This document shows, one piece after another, positions 38,724-50,940 of a stretch of 64,000 nt of DNA (the first letter of the stretch is position 1; each line of letters begins with the position of its first letter). The notes under the pieces were generated by a model that saw only the letters and a program-made list of their open reading frames with translations, was not told where the DNA came from and searched no databases. A program made the position numbers and the translations under genes. The DNA is from Piromyces finnis finn (lineage: Eukaryota; Fungi; Neocallimastigomycota), in contig MCFH01000072.1 in the NCBI GenBank assembly GCA_002104945.1, positions 169,646 through 233,645 on the forward strand. Reading direction: 5' to 3'.

Positions 38724-40022
38724 ATGTCGAATGATAATAACTTTCCTAGCATGAAAAAATCAGATTTCACTTTGAACATAATGCAGAAACCTACTGTATT
38801 AAAATACTCTGATGTTCTAAAACAAAAGAAAATTAACATTAACAATTCTCTAAAATTTAATGAAATTACTGATAAAGAAGCTAAAAATGAAACCAAAACT
38901 GATAAATTAATTAAATCAATTTCTGAAAAAACTAAAAAGCTTGCTTTAGATAATTCTATTGAATTTAATGAATCAAATAAAATTAATAAGAATACCAATC
39001 ATAAATTGAATCAAGATGACCTTCAAAATAAATATAAAAACAATATAGATAATATTATAAAAATTCAAGCATGGTGGAGAATGATTTCCATAATGAAATC
39101 TATAAAAAATATTGAAAAGAATAAAGTAGATAAAAAAGATGATAAGAAAGAGAATGAAAAGAAAGAGAATATTCAAAAAAAAACACTTCCAAAGAAACCA
39201 TCTTTCTCTGACATTGTAAAATTAGCACCTTCAACAGAAACTAAACAATTAAAGAAATCTGGTATAAAGAGCATTACTAATAATGATAATAATAAAAATA
39301 AAAAGATTAATGGTGAAGAAATAAATTCAATATTGAAGAATATGAAGTTTATGGGTTTAATTGAAAAAGAAATTGATGATTTAACTGAAAAGAATACTAT
39401 TGTTAATGGTAAACAATTTGCAAAAACTAAAGTAGTAACCATAAAAAAATTTTCTAGAAGTTCCTCCAATTCTTCATTTAATATCAATGATATTATTGAA
39501 AACGATAATAAAAAGAAAAATGGTAAAAATGAAAATAAATCAAATAATAAGAAAAGACTTAAAAAGAATGTTAGTTTTAATGAAAAAGATGAAGTTTTCA
39601 ATGAATATAATCATGTTATGAAAAAATTAGACTTACATATAAGATGTGATAAGAAGTCCTGTCTTATAGATTGTTATAGACGTTTATACAAGAAAGATTG
39701 GGAAGAAAATATTATAGAAGATAATGACAGTATAAGTGAAAATGAAGAAAATACCGAATCTACCTCTATAAAAAAATCAGATTATTTATACAATGATATT
39801 TACAATCCTAATTATTCTAAATACTACAGTGGTTCTGATTATGATATAAGAAATCGTTACTTTACAGGTAAAGAAAGATTAAAGAAAGCTCTTCATCTTG
39901 AACCAGTAGAAGTTACTGTACAAAAAATTATATATCAACCAATGAAATCATCAAAGAATAATAAGCGTAATAATCAACAAAAAAGGAAGAATGGTAACAA
40001 TAACAAGAGAAGACAAAAGTAA
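38724..40022 (+). CDS. Intronless K/N-rich protein with one IQ calmodulin-binding motif; function unknown
   Basis: 432-aa ORF with ATG; IIKIQAWWRMISIMK motif; basic C-terminus. Confidence 0.7.
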   Translation: MSNDNNFPSMKKSDFTLNIMQKPTVLKYSDVLKQKKININNSLKFNEITDKEAKNETKTDKLIKSISEKTKKLALDNSIEFNESNKINKNTNHKLNQDDLQNKYKNNIDNIIKIQAWWRMISIMKSIKNIEKNKVDKKDDKKENEKKENIQKKTLPKKPSFSDIVKLAPSTETKQLKKSGIKSITNNDNNKNKKINGEEINSILKNMKFMGLIEKEIDDLTEKNTIVNGKQFAKTKVVTIKKFSRSSSNSSFNINDIIENDNKKKNGKNENKSNNKKRLKKNVSFNEKDEVFNEYNHVMKKLDLHIRCDKKSCLIDCYRRLYKKDWEENIIEDNDSISENEENTESTSIKKSDYLYNDIYNPNYSKYYSGSDYDIRNRYFTGKERLKKALHLEPVEVTVQKIIYQPMKSSKNNKRNNQQKRKNGNNNKRRQK

Positions 40023-40410
40023 AAAAAAAAAAAAAAAGAAGGAAAAAGGAAAAATATTCAATTTATTTTTAAGTAGTTATGTATATACATTTGTAAATTA
40101 ACAAAATTTTATTATCCATATAGAGATTTTTATTATATATCTTTGAGAGATATAAAAATAACTATAAAAAAAAATAATTAATAATCATTCTAATTTAAGT
40201 TTTTTTTATTTTTATTTTTATTATTATTTTATTTTATTTTTTTAAAAAAGAAAAAGAATTAAATAAATCATTTTTTACTATTATATATTATCTATATAAC
40301 TTATTATAATTGATACAATAATGATGAAAGAGGTAGTTTTATATTATATATATATAATATATATTTTTTTAAGTTTAACTTAATTTTCATTTGAACTTTA
40401 ATCTTTCTAT

Positions 40411-40449
<39 letters not shown>

Positions 40450-40614
40450 CTTTTTTTTTTTCTTAATAATTTATTTATTAATCAAAGTTTTATTTTGCAC
40501 TTTACTATTTCATATGTTTTATTTCATTAAAATAATTCATTAAATATAATGGTTATTTTAATTTTATTTATTATAATTCAGTTTATTATTTACTGTGTTT
40601 CAAAATACATTTAG

Positions 40615-40639
40615 TTTATTATTATTATTATTATTATTA

Positions 40640-40670
<31 letters not shown>

Positions 40671-40690
40671 ATTATTATTATTATTATTAA
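40615..40690. repeat. (TTA)n microsatellite with (TTAA) interruptions, intergenic
   Basis: Direct inspection. Confidence 0.85.
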
Positions 40691-40941
40691 TTGTATTATT
40701 AAAAGTTTTATTATTATTCAATAAAAAATAAAATATAAAAATTTTATTTATTTTTATTATTTATATATACATATTTAGTAGATAATAAACATATTATTAT
40801 GGATTAATTATAAATAAATAAAATGATAGCAATTATATATTAAACTAAAAAGAAAGTAGCTTAATAAATATAAAATAATATATGATATATGATAATATTT
40901 ATAATAATTATGTTAATAGGATATTAAAATTAAATTAAATA

Positions 40942-42215
40942 TTAATAATCATCCTCATTGTCATAATCATTATCAAAATCGAGATTATCTTGGATTAAGT
41001 TTTCTTGAATATATTTATTTTCTTTAAACTTAATCCTATGATTTAATTTTATTTCAATATCATCTTCAACATCATCGTCATAGTCATCATCATCAAATGA
41101 ATAATCATTTTCATCATCATCATCATCACTTATATTATCATCTTCGTCTTCTTCTATATAATAATTATTACCAGAAACAGCATCTTCTGGATTTTTTGGT
41201 ATTTTTGGTTTGGTTGGATTAACAGCATAGAAAACATTATATTTAGGATTACATCTAGAAAAAGCATTAATACAATTTATTGGACCTTCAACTTCAAAGG
41301 TATTTTTTGCATGGAAACATAAACGTACTTCAGACATATATTGACGTTTCTCACGTTTATTATAAACACAATTAATTTCTACTTGAGTATTATTGAATGC
41401 ACTCTTAAAAGCATCTTGAAGAGTGTCAAGTGAATAACCTTCTTTATCATTGGGTACAATATCAGCTTTTTCAAGAATTGGGTATAAATCATATATAGAA
41501 CGTAATTCAACAGCTTTTTCGAAATAGGTAATGATATCATCATCCTTTTTATAGTTTGAACCAAGACATTGTGGAGTAATAGTTGAAACACATTGACCAT
41601 GTTTATTCCATTCATGAGCCCAGAACCAATTATTATCTTTAAGTTGATCTGGGTTACCACTAAGCCAAATCTTTTCCATTTCAGATAATAAATCTTCATC
41701 TTTTGTTCTTATAATTTCTTCAATGTTTTCTTCTTCTCTTTCTGGATTACAATTAGTTAGATAAGTTTTACCATCACAATTTCCTGGCCAAAGACCATGT
41801 AAAGTCCATGTATCTTTTTCAACCTTTTTTAAGGTTCCTTTTTTACATGGCTTGTTTCTTCCAGCATTTTTACAATAACTATTTAAAATTGAAAAATAGG
41901 GAAAGAATTATAGAAAATATTAATACTCAGAAATTTCTTTATTATTATTCATAATGTTTATTATAATATGTAATAAGTAATAGATATATATATATATATT
42001 TACCTAGGTAACCATTGAAGTGCAAGAACCATATGTCCTTGATCTGGAATACAACATTTATTAACTAAACCTTCATTATTAGAACATGCTACAATATCAA
42101 ATGAAGGACACTCAATCTCTTTTTTCTCTATTAAAAGAAGTTGAGAATCAAATACTCTTCCATTAGATTGAATAACAAGGTAAAGCAGAACAATTATATA
42201 AATAATACGTTTCAT
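40942..42215 (-). CDS. Secreted ribonuclease T2 with acidic C-terminal tail, 2 exons
   Basis: Signal peptide MKRIIYIIVLLYLVIQSNG; CAS I TWTLHGLWP and CAS II FWAHEWNKHGQC; fungal-type CC..P..G.MVLALQW start. Confidence 0.95.
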
Positions 42216-44408
42216 TTTGATTATATTGACTATAATATTATTACTTTCTTTAAAAATAAATTTATGTTTTACGATAAATATCAATGAAATATTAATTATT
42301 ATTATTATTGTTAATCTACTGTTGCTTCCAATAAATAAAATATTAAAGTTTAGAAATTATAAATGCTGCGTAAAAATTTTTATATAATTATCATAATAAA
42401 AATTGTTTTTATTTTTTATTTTAAATGACCTTTTTTTCCTTTTTATATTTATTAATAATGTTTTTATATTTTTTTATAAATTTTAAGGGTATTGTTATCC
42501 TTTTATTTTTTCTCTTTCTATTCAATATTTGAAATTACAAGTGTATTTGGAATTATTTACAATTAACTATTTTCTTCAATGTTATATAATATCAAATTTA
42601 GTTAATTATTTTTTATTTTTATTTTTATTTTTTTTTTTTTGTTAAAAAAAAAATTAAACTTTATTTTACTCTAAATTTTCATAATATAATTTTATTTTAT
42701 GTAATTTTGTTTACCTTGTTTTTTTTAAGACGAAAAAAAAACCTATATTTATATTGTATTGACTTTTAAATAATCAAAACCATTAATATATATTTTATTT
42801 TTAATAATATACGAAATTGTTTTTATATCCTCTCCTTCATCACAATTCAAATTTTAATATAATTGTTTTTAAAAGTTTATTATTATGATTTAATAAATAA
42901 CATCATCAATCAATATTTGGTTGGTTAATATTTATTGTTTGAACTTTCTATTTATAATTTTTATTAAATAATAATTAAATCACACCTATTTGCTTAATAA
43001 TAATAACTACTATCATCTATTACATATATAAGATTTCAAAATAATTATTTCTACTAAATATATATATAATTTTATACATATGTTTCTTTTTTTTTAAAAT
43101 ATATATAGGTTAAAACTTTAAATATTATAAAATTTAGAATATCATGATGGTTTAAAATATTTATTATGAATTAAAATTTAAAAAAATAATTTAAAAATTA
43201 TAAACTAATTTTAATTATTCGTTGTTTTTAAAATTAATTGAAATATTATATTTTCTATTATATTTCATCAAAATAAATTTAATGTGTCTTTTGATGAAGC
43301 ATGCGCAATAATAATAATAATTTATTTTAATTTAAGTAAATAAAAAAGAAATAATTATATTTTTAAGGGAAAAAAAAACATGATATATTAAAATATAATA
43401 TTAATAATAATAAGCTAAACCATCAGTTAAAAATAAATTAAATAAAAATACATCTGTTAATGATCACGAATATTAAATAAAAATGAAAATTATTAAGTTT
43501 AAGGATAAAGTAAATTCTGAAAATAAGAAATAAAAGAAAATAACTAATATTATTAATAAAAGAACAATAAAAAAATATAATTGAAAATAATTAATTAAAT
43601 TATAATTTAAAACTACTACAATATCTATTACTTCTTGTTTTCTATTCAGTAGTTATTTTATAAATTAGAACTAAATATAACTATAAAATCTATATATCAA
43701 AATTCATATTTGGTAGTAGTGTCTGTGTCATTTGATATAACAATCATGTGACCTTTACATTTTATTAAATTTATTCTATTTACAATGTAAAAATGTAATG
43801 TAGAAATATGTAGTGTAAAAGACAATATAATACAAATACTTTTAATTGAGGTAAGTTTATTTATTATAAAAATATAATAGGGTTAATAAAAAAGGCCAGT
43901 CATTCACAACGATGAAAAAAAAAGTTTTGATTTTTTGAGAAAAGGAAATAATTATTGAAATATATATTCTTTAAAGATTAATTCCTTTATATATATATAT
44001 ATATATAAAACTAACTCGTTATATGATTAATTATAATATTTATTTAATAAGAATTATAGGATACTTATTAGATAAGTTTTCCATTTCCTGATTTACTATA
44101 ATTTTATATTAATTTCATAAAAGTATCATAATATAATATTTAGTCAATATTAAAAAAATAGCCAAGTAAATCTACATTATTTTAAATTTAAGCTCAAATA
44201 TAAACTAGAAAAATAACATGACCATTGTTAATGTTATTTTTATTACTTTTATAAAAAAAAAAAAAAAATTGAATATTAAGCTTGAAAAATATTATTATTT
44301 ATTTTTAAATTTTTCAAGATATTAAGTTCATATATTTTTTCTTAAAATAAAAAAAATATATATATACTTAATGAATAATTAATATATATTTATATATATT
44401 TATTCCCT

Positions 44409-44445
<37 letters not shown>

Positions 44446-45165
44446 GAAGTGTTATTAAACATTTAAATGTATATATTTTTTTAAGTCTTTTTAACCATAA
44501 ATTTATTTAAAAAAAAATTATGGTATGTATCACATATAAAGATAATATATATTTGTTTATCTTTAAATTTTCGAAATTCTTTAATATTTGAGCTAGTAAA
44601 TATATTCACATGTTTTGGAGGGGGGCAAGTTCAGGCCATCTAAGACCTGTAAATTTACTAGATCATGTATAGCTGGACTTATTTATATATTACTACAATC
44701 CATAGTAGAATAAATTCATTTATTTTATTTATATTGTAACGTTTTATATTAAAAATATATAGTTGAATAAATAAATTATTTTTTATTCATGTCTGTTATT
44801 AAAAGTACTATATAAAAGTATACATTGTTATCATTGTTAATCATTAAAATATCCTTAAAATAGTATTTTAGTGTATTTTAGTGTGACAGAGATAATTAAT
44901 AAATTGTACTATTTCACAAATTCTTTTCCCTTGTTTTTTCTTATTTTATTAACTTTATTATATTATATTATATTATATTTTCTTTAAATAAAAAAATAAA
45001 GGGTTATTGGATTAATATCTTTAACAATTATAATAATAAATTCAAAAAAGATATTTATTGATTCAAGAATAATATTTAAACTTTTTTTATTATTATTATT
45101 AATAAAAACAAAAACTAATAATACTAAATATAATAATAAATAATGAATAGTTAATAAAAAAACTA

Positions 45166-45484
45166 ATTGTTCTTTTAGGGTAAATATTTGAAGAAAATAA
45201 TTCTATTAATAAAAAATAATAAAGGAAATTAAACTATTCTATAGATTGTTCTTTTGATATTATTATAAAACTTATTATGTAGTAAAATGTTTTGGATTGT
45301 TCTTTGGTAAATATTTGAAGAAAATAACTCTATTAATAAAGGGAATTAAACTGTTCTATAGATTGTTCTTTGGTAAATTAAGAGAAAATAATTCTATTAA
45401 TAAAAAATAATAAAGGAAATTAGACTGTTCTATAGATTGTTCTTTTGATATTATTATAAAATTTATTATGTAGTACAATGTTTC
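45166..45484. repeat. Composite tandem repeat A-B-A-A-B; every unit begins ATTGTTCTTT
   Basis: Unit starts at 45166 (79 bp), 45245 (51 bp), 45296 (66 bp), 45362 (74 bp) and 45436 (about 49 bp). Confidence 0.85.
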
Positions 45485-45726
45485 AAGTTTTAATTTAGAT
45501 TTAATACAGTTTAAAAAATTAATTTTTTTTAAACAAAAAATAAAACAAATAAAGAAATAAAAACGGATTATAGAGTATTCTTAAAATTTTAATTTTAAAA
45601 GAAATATTAAAGTATTAATATTAATATAAATTGTGACTCTAATATAATGTGTGTGACTCAGCCGAAAAATTAAATTTTGTTAGAGAAAGTAAAATTATGA
45701 TAAATAAATAAATAAATAAATAAATA

Positions 45727-45797
45727 TAGTAGTTGGAATACCAAATGATGCAGTAGATGCTAAATCATTATTTGGAACAGTTTTAGTAGTTGGATCA
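45727..45797 (-). pseudogene. 71-bp ectopic copy of a coding segment of the neighbouring DPBB gene (46916-46986)
   Basis: 68/71 identical, including a 51-bp perfect run; same orientation, offset 1,189 bp; flanked by an upstream in-frame TAA and a (TTTA)n tract. Confidence 0.85.
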
Positions 45798-45977
45798 CTT
45801 ATGGGTTACATTAGCTCTACTGGCTCTGTTTCATTTTTTTTATAGTCTTAAAATCATATATAATACTTTTTAGGTATTAATCATTATTGACAAAGAAAAA
45901 ACATTGCATAATTTTGGTGAAAGAATTCTAAAACAACCTTTCAAAAATGAATATCTTTCCTAAATACCAAGATTAAT

Positions 45978-46008
<31 letters not shown>

Positions 46009-46604
46009 ATTTTTATTTTTTTTAATTTTTAATAGCTTTTATATATAAAATAAAATAACAATAACAACCATTACAAAAAAAAAAATATTATATATATATA
46101 TATATATTTTTTTTCAAAAGATAAATAAATTTATTAAATTTTTATTTATTTTACTTTATGAAATATATATTTTTTTATGCATATTTATGTTTATTACAAT
46201 TATATATATTCTATTATTATTCGAATGTAGCTATTTAATTTTAAATTTTATACTATGTGATTATATAACATCATGAATTATATAAACTAAATAATTTAAA
46301 AGATAATGTAATTATAAGTTAGAAAAAAAAAATTGTTTTTTTTTAATTACAAATTTAATATTCTATTATTTAACAACTAAAGACAATTCATAATTATTAA
46401 ATATAATTACATTAATAATAATTAATATATATCTGTAAATTTTAATGTATATATTTATAATTAATAATATATTATGATGTAGTATAAAATATGAATATAG
46501 TTATTTATAAACATATTTTAATAAATTAATTATATTATAGTAAACTGATAATCAATTTGTCATATATGATTTTTTTAATATATTTTGGAGTAATAAAATT
46601 ATAA

Positions 46605-47976
46605 TTAGGCCATTTCAACTGATGGGTGGTGTCCTCTTTTAGTAACACTTCTTTTAAGTACAGTAGCACCACGAGAAATTCCTCTTTTAACTTGGTTGAA
46701 TGATTCTGGGAACTTTTGTTTAAGATCTTCATATGCATTTGGATTTCTTTTCTTCATTAAAAGTAAACCAACACCGGCAGCACCTATGCAAGTACCACCA
46801 ACAGCAGTTAAAATACCTACTGTTGAACTAGAATTACTATCATCATCACTATTTATATCCTTATTTACTTTATCTATTTCAGAAATAATATTTGTTTGAC
46901 TAGCTACTTTAGTAGTAGTAGTAGGAATACCAATGGATGCAGTAGATGCTAAATCATTATTTGGAACAGTTTTAGTAGTTGGATCAATTAAAGTTTTTGG
47001 TGCAAAATTAAGGACTTGTTTTGTTGAAGTTGGAACTGACTTTGAAACAGAAAAACTGGAAATAATAATTTTAGATGAATTAGTAGATGGTACTGGTAAA
47101 GTTTTGGCAACGGTGGTTGGTTTTGGTGTAGTAGTAGTCTTTCTAGTAGTAGTAGTCTTTTTAATAGTAGTTACCTTAGTGGTTGTTGGATGGATTTCTG
47201 CACCAGATGATGAGAATGATCCAGTATTACTACCACTACTTGCTAATCTTAAAGCACTGGCATTAAAGGATGCAATGAAAGCAGATTTAGACATTCCTAA
47301 TTTAGAAGCTACAGAATCAAAATTTTTACTGTATGGTCCAGCAACTTTTTTTCCACTAGGTGAATAAATACCCCAAACAACTTCAGCGACACCATCATTT
47401 TTATCTCTTAAAAAAGTAAAAGCAGAATAAGATAAATCAACATGATATGTTTCACATTCCCCACAAGTATCTACAATCTTGGCTTTAACTATTATTTTTA
47501 TTTCAATTAAAAGTAGTTATATGTATTTATTGATATAATTAAGTTAATTATAAAAATATTTTTATAATAATATTAAGAACTATATCATTATTTATTTATA
47601 TACCTACCTAATTTTTTATTTCCGTTAGCAAGCATTACAATAGCATATTGTCCACAAACACTCTTTACATTAGGATAACTAGTTGCCTTTATAATTTATT
47701 TTATTATTTTAATTATTATTTATAATTTATGAATGTGAAAAAATTAATTATATTTTAATATTTGTAAACCAAATTCATTTATATTAATATTTTACTTACT
47801 AAGGCTACAAAATACTTTGTATTAATAGGAATTCCACAAGCAGGGTCTTTTTGGGTATGACATTCTTCTGGACAACCATAATGGGTCATTTCATAACTTT
47901 TTGGTCTACTTTTTCCACATAAAACAAAAGAAATTGCAATAATGCTTGAAATGAATAAGAAATTGAATATTTTCAT
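46605..47976 (-). CDS. Expansin-like/RlpA double-psi beta-barrel protein with S/T-rich stalk and C-terminal TM helix; 3 exons
   Basis: Signal peptide; THYGCPEEC...PACG...FVAL...CGQY...KIVDTCGEC...HVDLSYSAF; Thr-rich linker; TM VGILTAVGGTCIGAAGVGLLLM followed by KKR. Confidence 0.85.
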
Positions 47977-48741
47977 TTTTTAATTTATTATTCCAGAAAA
48001 TTTATAGTATCTTTTATTTATCAGTTTTAATTATTGCTATTTATTCTTATCAATAATGATTTGATTTATTAATATTTCATTAAATTTCTCTTTTTTTAAT
48101 TTTTTTCAAATTGTAATTATACCATAGAAATAAATAAATATTATTTCTTTATTTGAAATAACTTTAAAAGATGAAAATTAAAAGAATTTTTCTCTTTATA
48201 TAATAACTTTTTAATATATAATAATATATTATAGTATAAATAAAAATAAAAAGAATTTGTACTACATTTATTTTATATATAAGTAATTTTATTAGAATAT
48301 CAATATTTCTATTTCAAGTAGATACATATACATATATTTTAAATATAATATTTATATATTGTTTATTATATAATACATTTATATTAATTATATATTAAAA
48401 ATAAATCAAATATTAAAGATTAAAAATGATATGGATTATTATATATTATAATATTATTATATTATGATTAAAAAACAGAAAAAAATAATATTTAATAAAA
48501 AATAAAATAAGTAGATATTATTTAATAAATTATTATAATATCATTTTACATACATATTTTAAAGTCAAGTTTTATTTAAAATATTTTACATGTGGATGTT
48601 ATAAATTTCTTTATATTTAAAAATTAATCTAACCAATAAACTTTCAATTTAATATTTATTAAATATTTTTTTTTTTGGCAAAAAATTTAAATTGTTCTTT
48701 TTTTAGTATTATTAGAAAAGAAATATTTTTTAATTTTGAAA

Positions 48742-49097
48742 ATGTTTTCCTTACCAGCAAAATTGGTTGGTAATAAACTTTCAAATACAATTATTCCAAA
48801 TGGAATTGCTTTAAAAAGCTGCAATTTATTATCTAATTTGAAGTTTTCAAATTTAAGCTCAAATCAATTAAGACTTCCAACAGGCCAAATTGGTGTATAT
48901 GGTAAAAGTATATATGGATATTCAAACTTTTATTTAAATAAATCCAACATTCGTTTTTACACCGAAGCAGCTGAAAAAAAGAATAAAATAGAATCAAATT
49001 TACGTATTCAAATTATTCCAGCTGGTCTTCTTAGTGTAAATTGCTGTATAATAAATGATAAAAAATCAAAAGAAGTATGTAATAAATAATAATAATG

Positions 49098-49129
<32 letters not shown>

Positions 49130-50282
49130 AATAAAGTGATACAATAAATTATCATTTTATATTATTATTTAAATTCTATATGTATATGGATTAAAAACAT
49201 ATATAGCAATTTAAAATTACAATAATAAATTTATAATGTTCTTATTAATATTTAATAATAAATAGGCTTTAATTGTTGACCCAGGGGGTGATTTTGAAAT
49301 TATTAAAAATATAATTGAAAAGAATAACCTTGAATTAAAATCAATATTATTAACTCATGCGTAAGTATTTTTAATTTTATATATCTATATGCTTTAATAT
49401 TTATTGAAATATATTTTGATGAAAAATTCATCAATATAGTCATTTTGACCATATTGGTGCTGTAGGTCAATTAAAAAAAGCTTTCAATTGTAAGGTTTAT
49501 TTACATGAAGAAGATATGGTATACTATTTTTAATATTAATTTTAATTAATAAAATATTTCCTTATATTTTATTTATATTACTAATTTTTCTTATGAAATG
49601 AAATCTAATATTAGTATTTATGGAGTAATCATGCAGAACAAGCAAAAGCTTTTGGATTAAAATATAAAGAAGAAGAAGAACTTCCAGAAAAGCCAGATGT
49701 TTTATTAAGTAAGTATTTTAAAATTTTTAGAAAATTGTTAATCCAATAATTTTGAAATTTAATTTTTAAAATATATATAATATTAATTTTAATTATAATT
49801 TTCTATTTTTTACATTGATATTAATTAATATATATTAGAGGAAGATGATGAAATTATGTTAAATGGTAAAGCAATTGCTAGAGTTATTCATACACCAGGA
49901 CATAGGTATATATAATATTCATTATATTTCTTCAATTTTATTATATAAATTCTAATGGTTTTAATTTATATAATTATAGTAAGGGTTCTGTTTCTTTCTA
50001 TTTCCCAAAAGAAAAAATAGCTATTGTTGGTGATACTCTTTTCAAGTAAGTGTATAATATATAGTCACTCAAACCACCATTGGATAATTTATTAATATAA
50101 TATATATATATTGAAGGGAATCTGTAGGAAGAAGTGATCTTTGGGGAGGAGATGGTACTCTTTTAAGAACATCTATTAGAGACAAAATATATCCTTTAGG
50201 TGATGATACATGCATTATTCCAGGTCATGGTCCAACTACAAATGTTGCCTATGAAAAGGTTGAAAATTTTAACGTTTTCTAA
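48742..50282 (+). CDS. MBL-fold metallo-hydrolase, GloC/YcbL (glyoxalase II-like) type, with N-terminal organellar presequence; 7 exons
   Basis: VNCCII...ALIVDPGG...LLTHAHFDHIGA...HTPGHSKGS...VGDTLFKESVGRSDL...IRDKIYPLGDDTCIIPGHGPTT. The first 74 aa lack acidic residues. Confidence 0.9.
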
Positions 50283-50539
50283 AAATCCAAATTGAAAAGA
50301 TCAATTATATAAATGAGATTTTATAAAGTAAAGAACAACGATAAATACATTTTTTAAAAAAAAATTAAGCAAAAAAAATAAGCAAAAAAAATTTGAAGAA
50401 AATATCATAAATTGTAATTAAAATTAATAGTACTTTAAAAAAAATTATTTTCAATAAAATAATAAAGATATAAAAATGATAATAAATTCCCTTTTAATAA
50501 AAGTTAAAAAAAAAATAGTAACTTAAGTAATATTTATTT

Positions 50540-50600
<61 letters not shown>

Positions 50601-50940
50601 TTTATTTATTATTATTATTAAAATTAATTATATTTAAAACAATGTTTTGCATTAAACTTTTTTTTTTTGTTTAATTTTTATTTTTTCTTTTTCTTTTAAC
50701 TATACATTTTTAATTAATGATAATATTTTCATATTTCCACCTTCTTTTAATTTCCCCTTTCTTATTTTTATTAAGAATAAAAAAGTTAAAAAAAATTCAA
50801 ATAATGTGATAAAATAAACTACTTTTTTTTTTTTTAAAAAGAAAAAAAAAAAAACTTTTAGTATTTATATGTAAAAAAAAAATATATAAAAAAAAATCTA
50901 TAAATTTATATTTTATTATTTAAATAATTATTTTGTTATT

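Noticed and set aside
45166-45484. CRISPR-like appearance of the repeated ATTGTTCTTT head with intervening sequences
   Set aside because: The intervening sequences are themselves repeats rather than unique spacers, the context is eukaryotic, and there are no cas genes.
50188-50200. ATATCCTTT in the MBL gene resembling a U12 donor
   Set aside because: It lies in the continuous conserved coding motif KIYPLGDD; no intron is needed.
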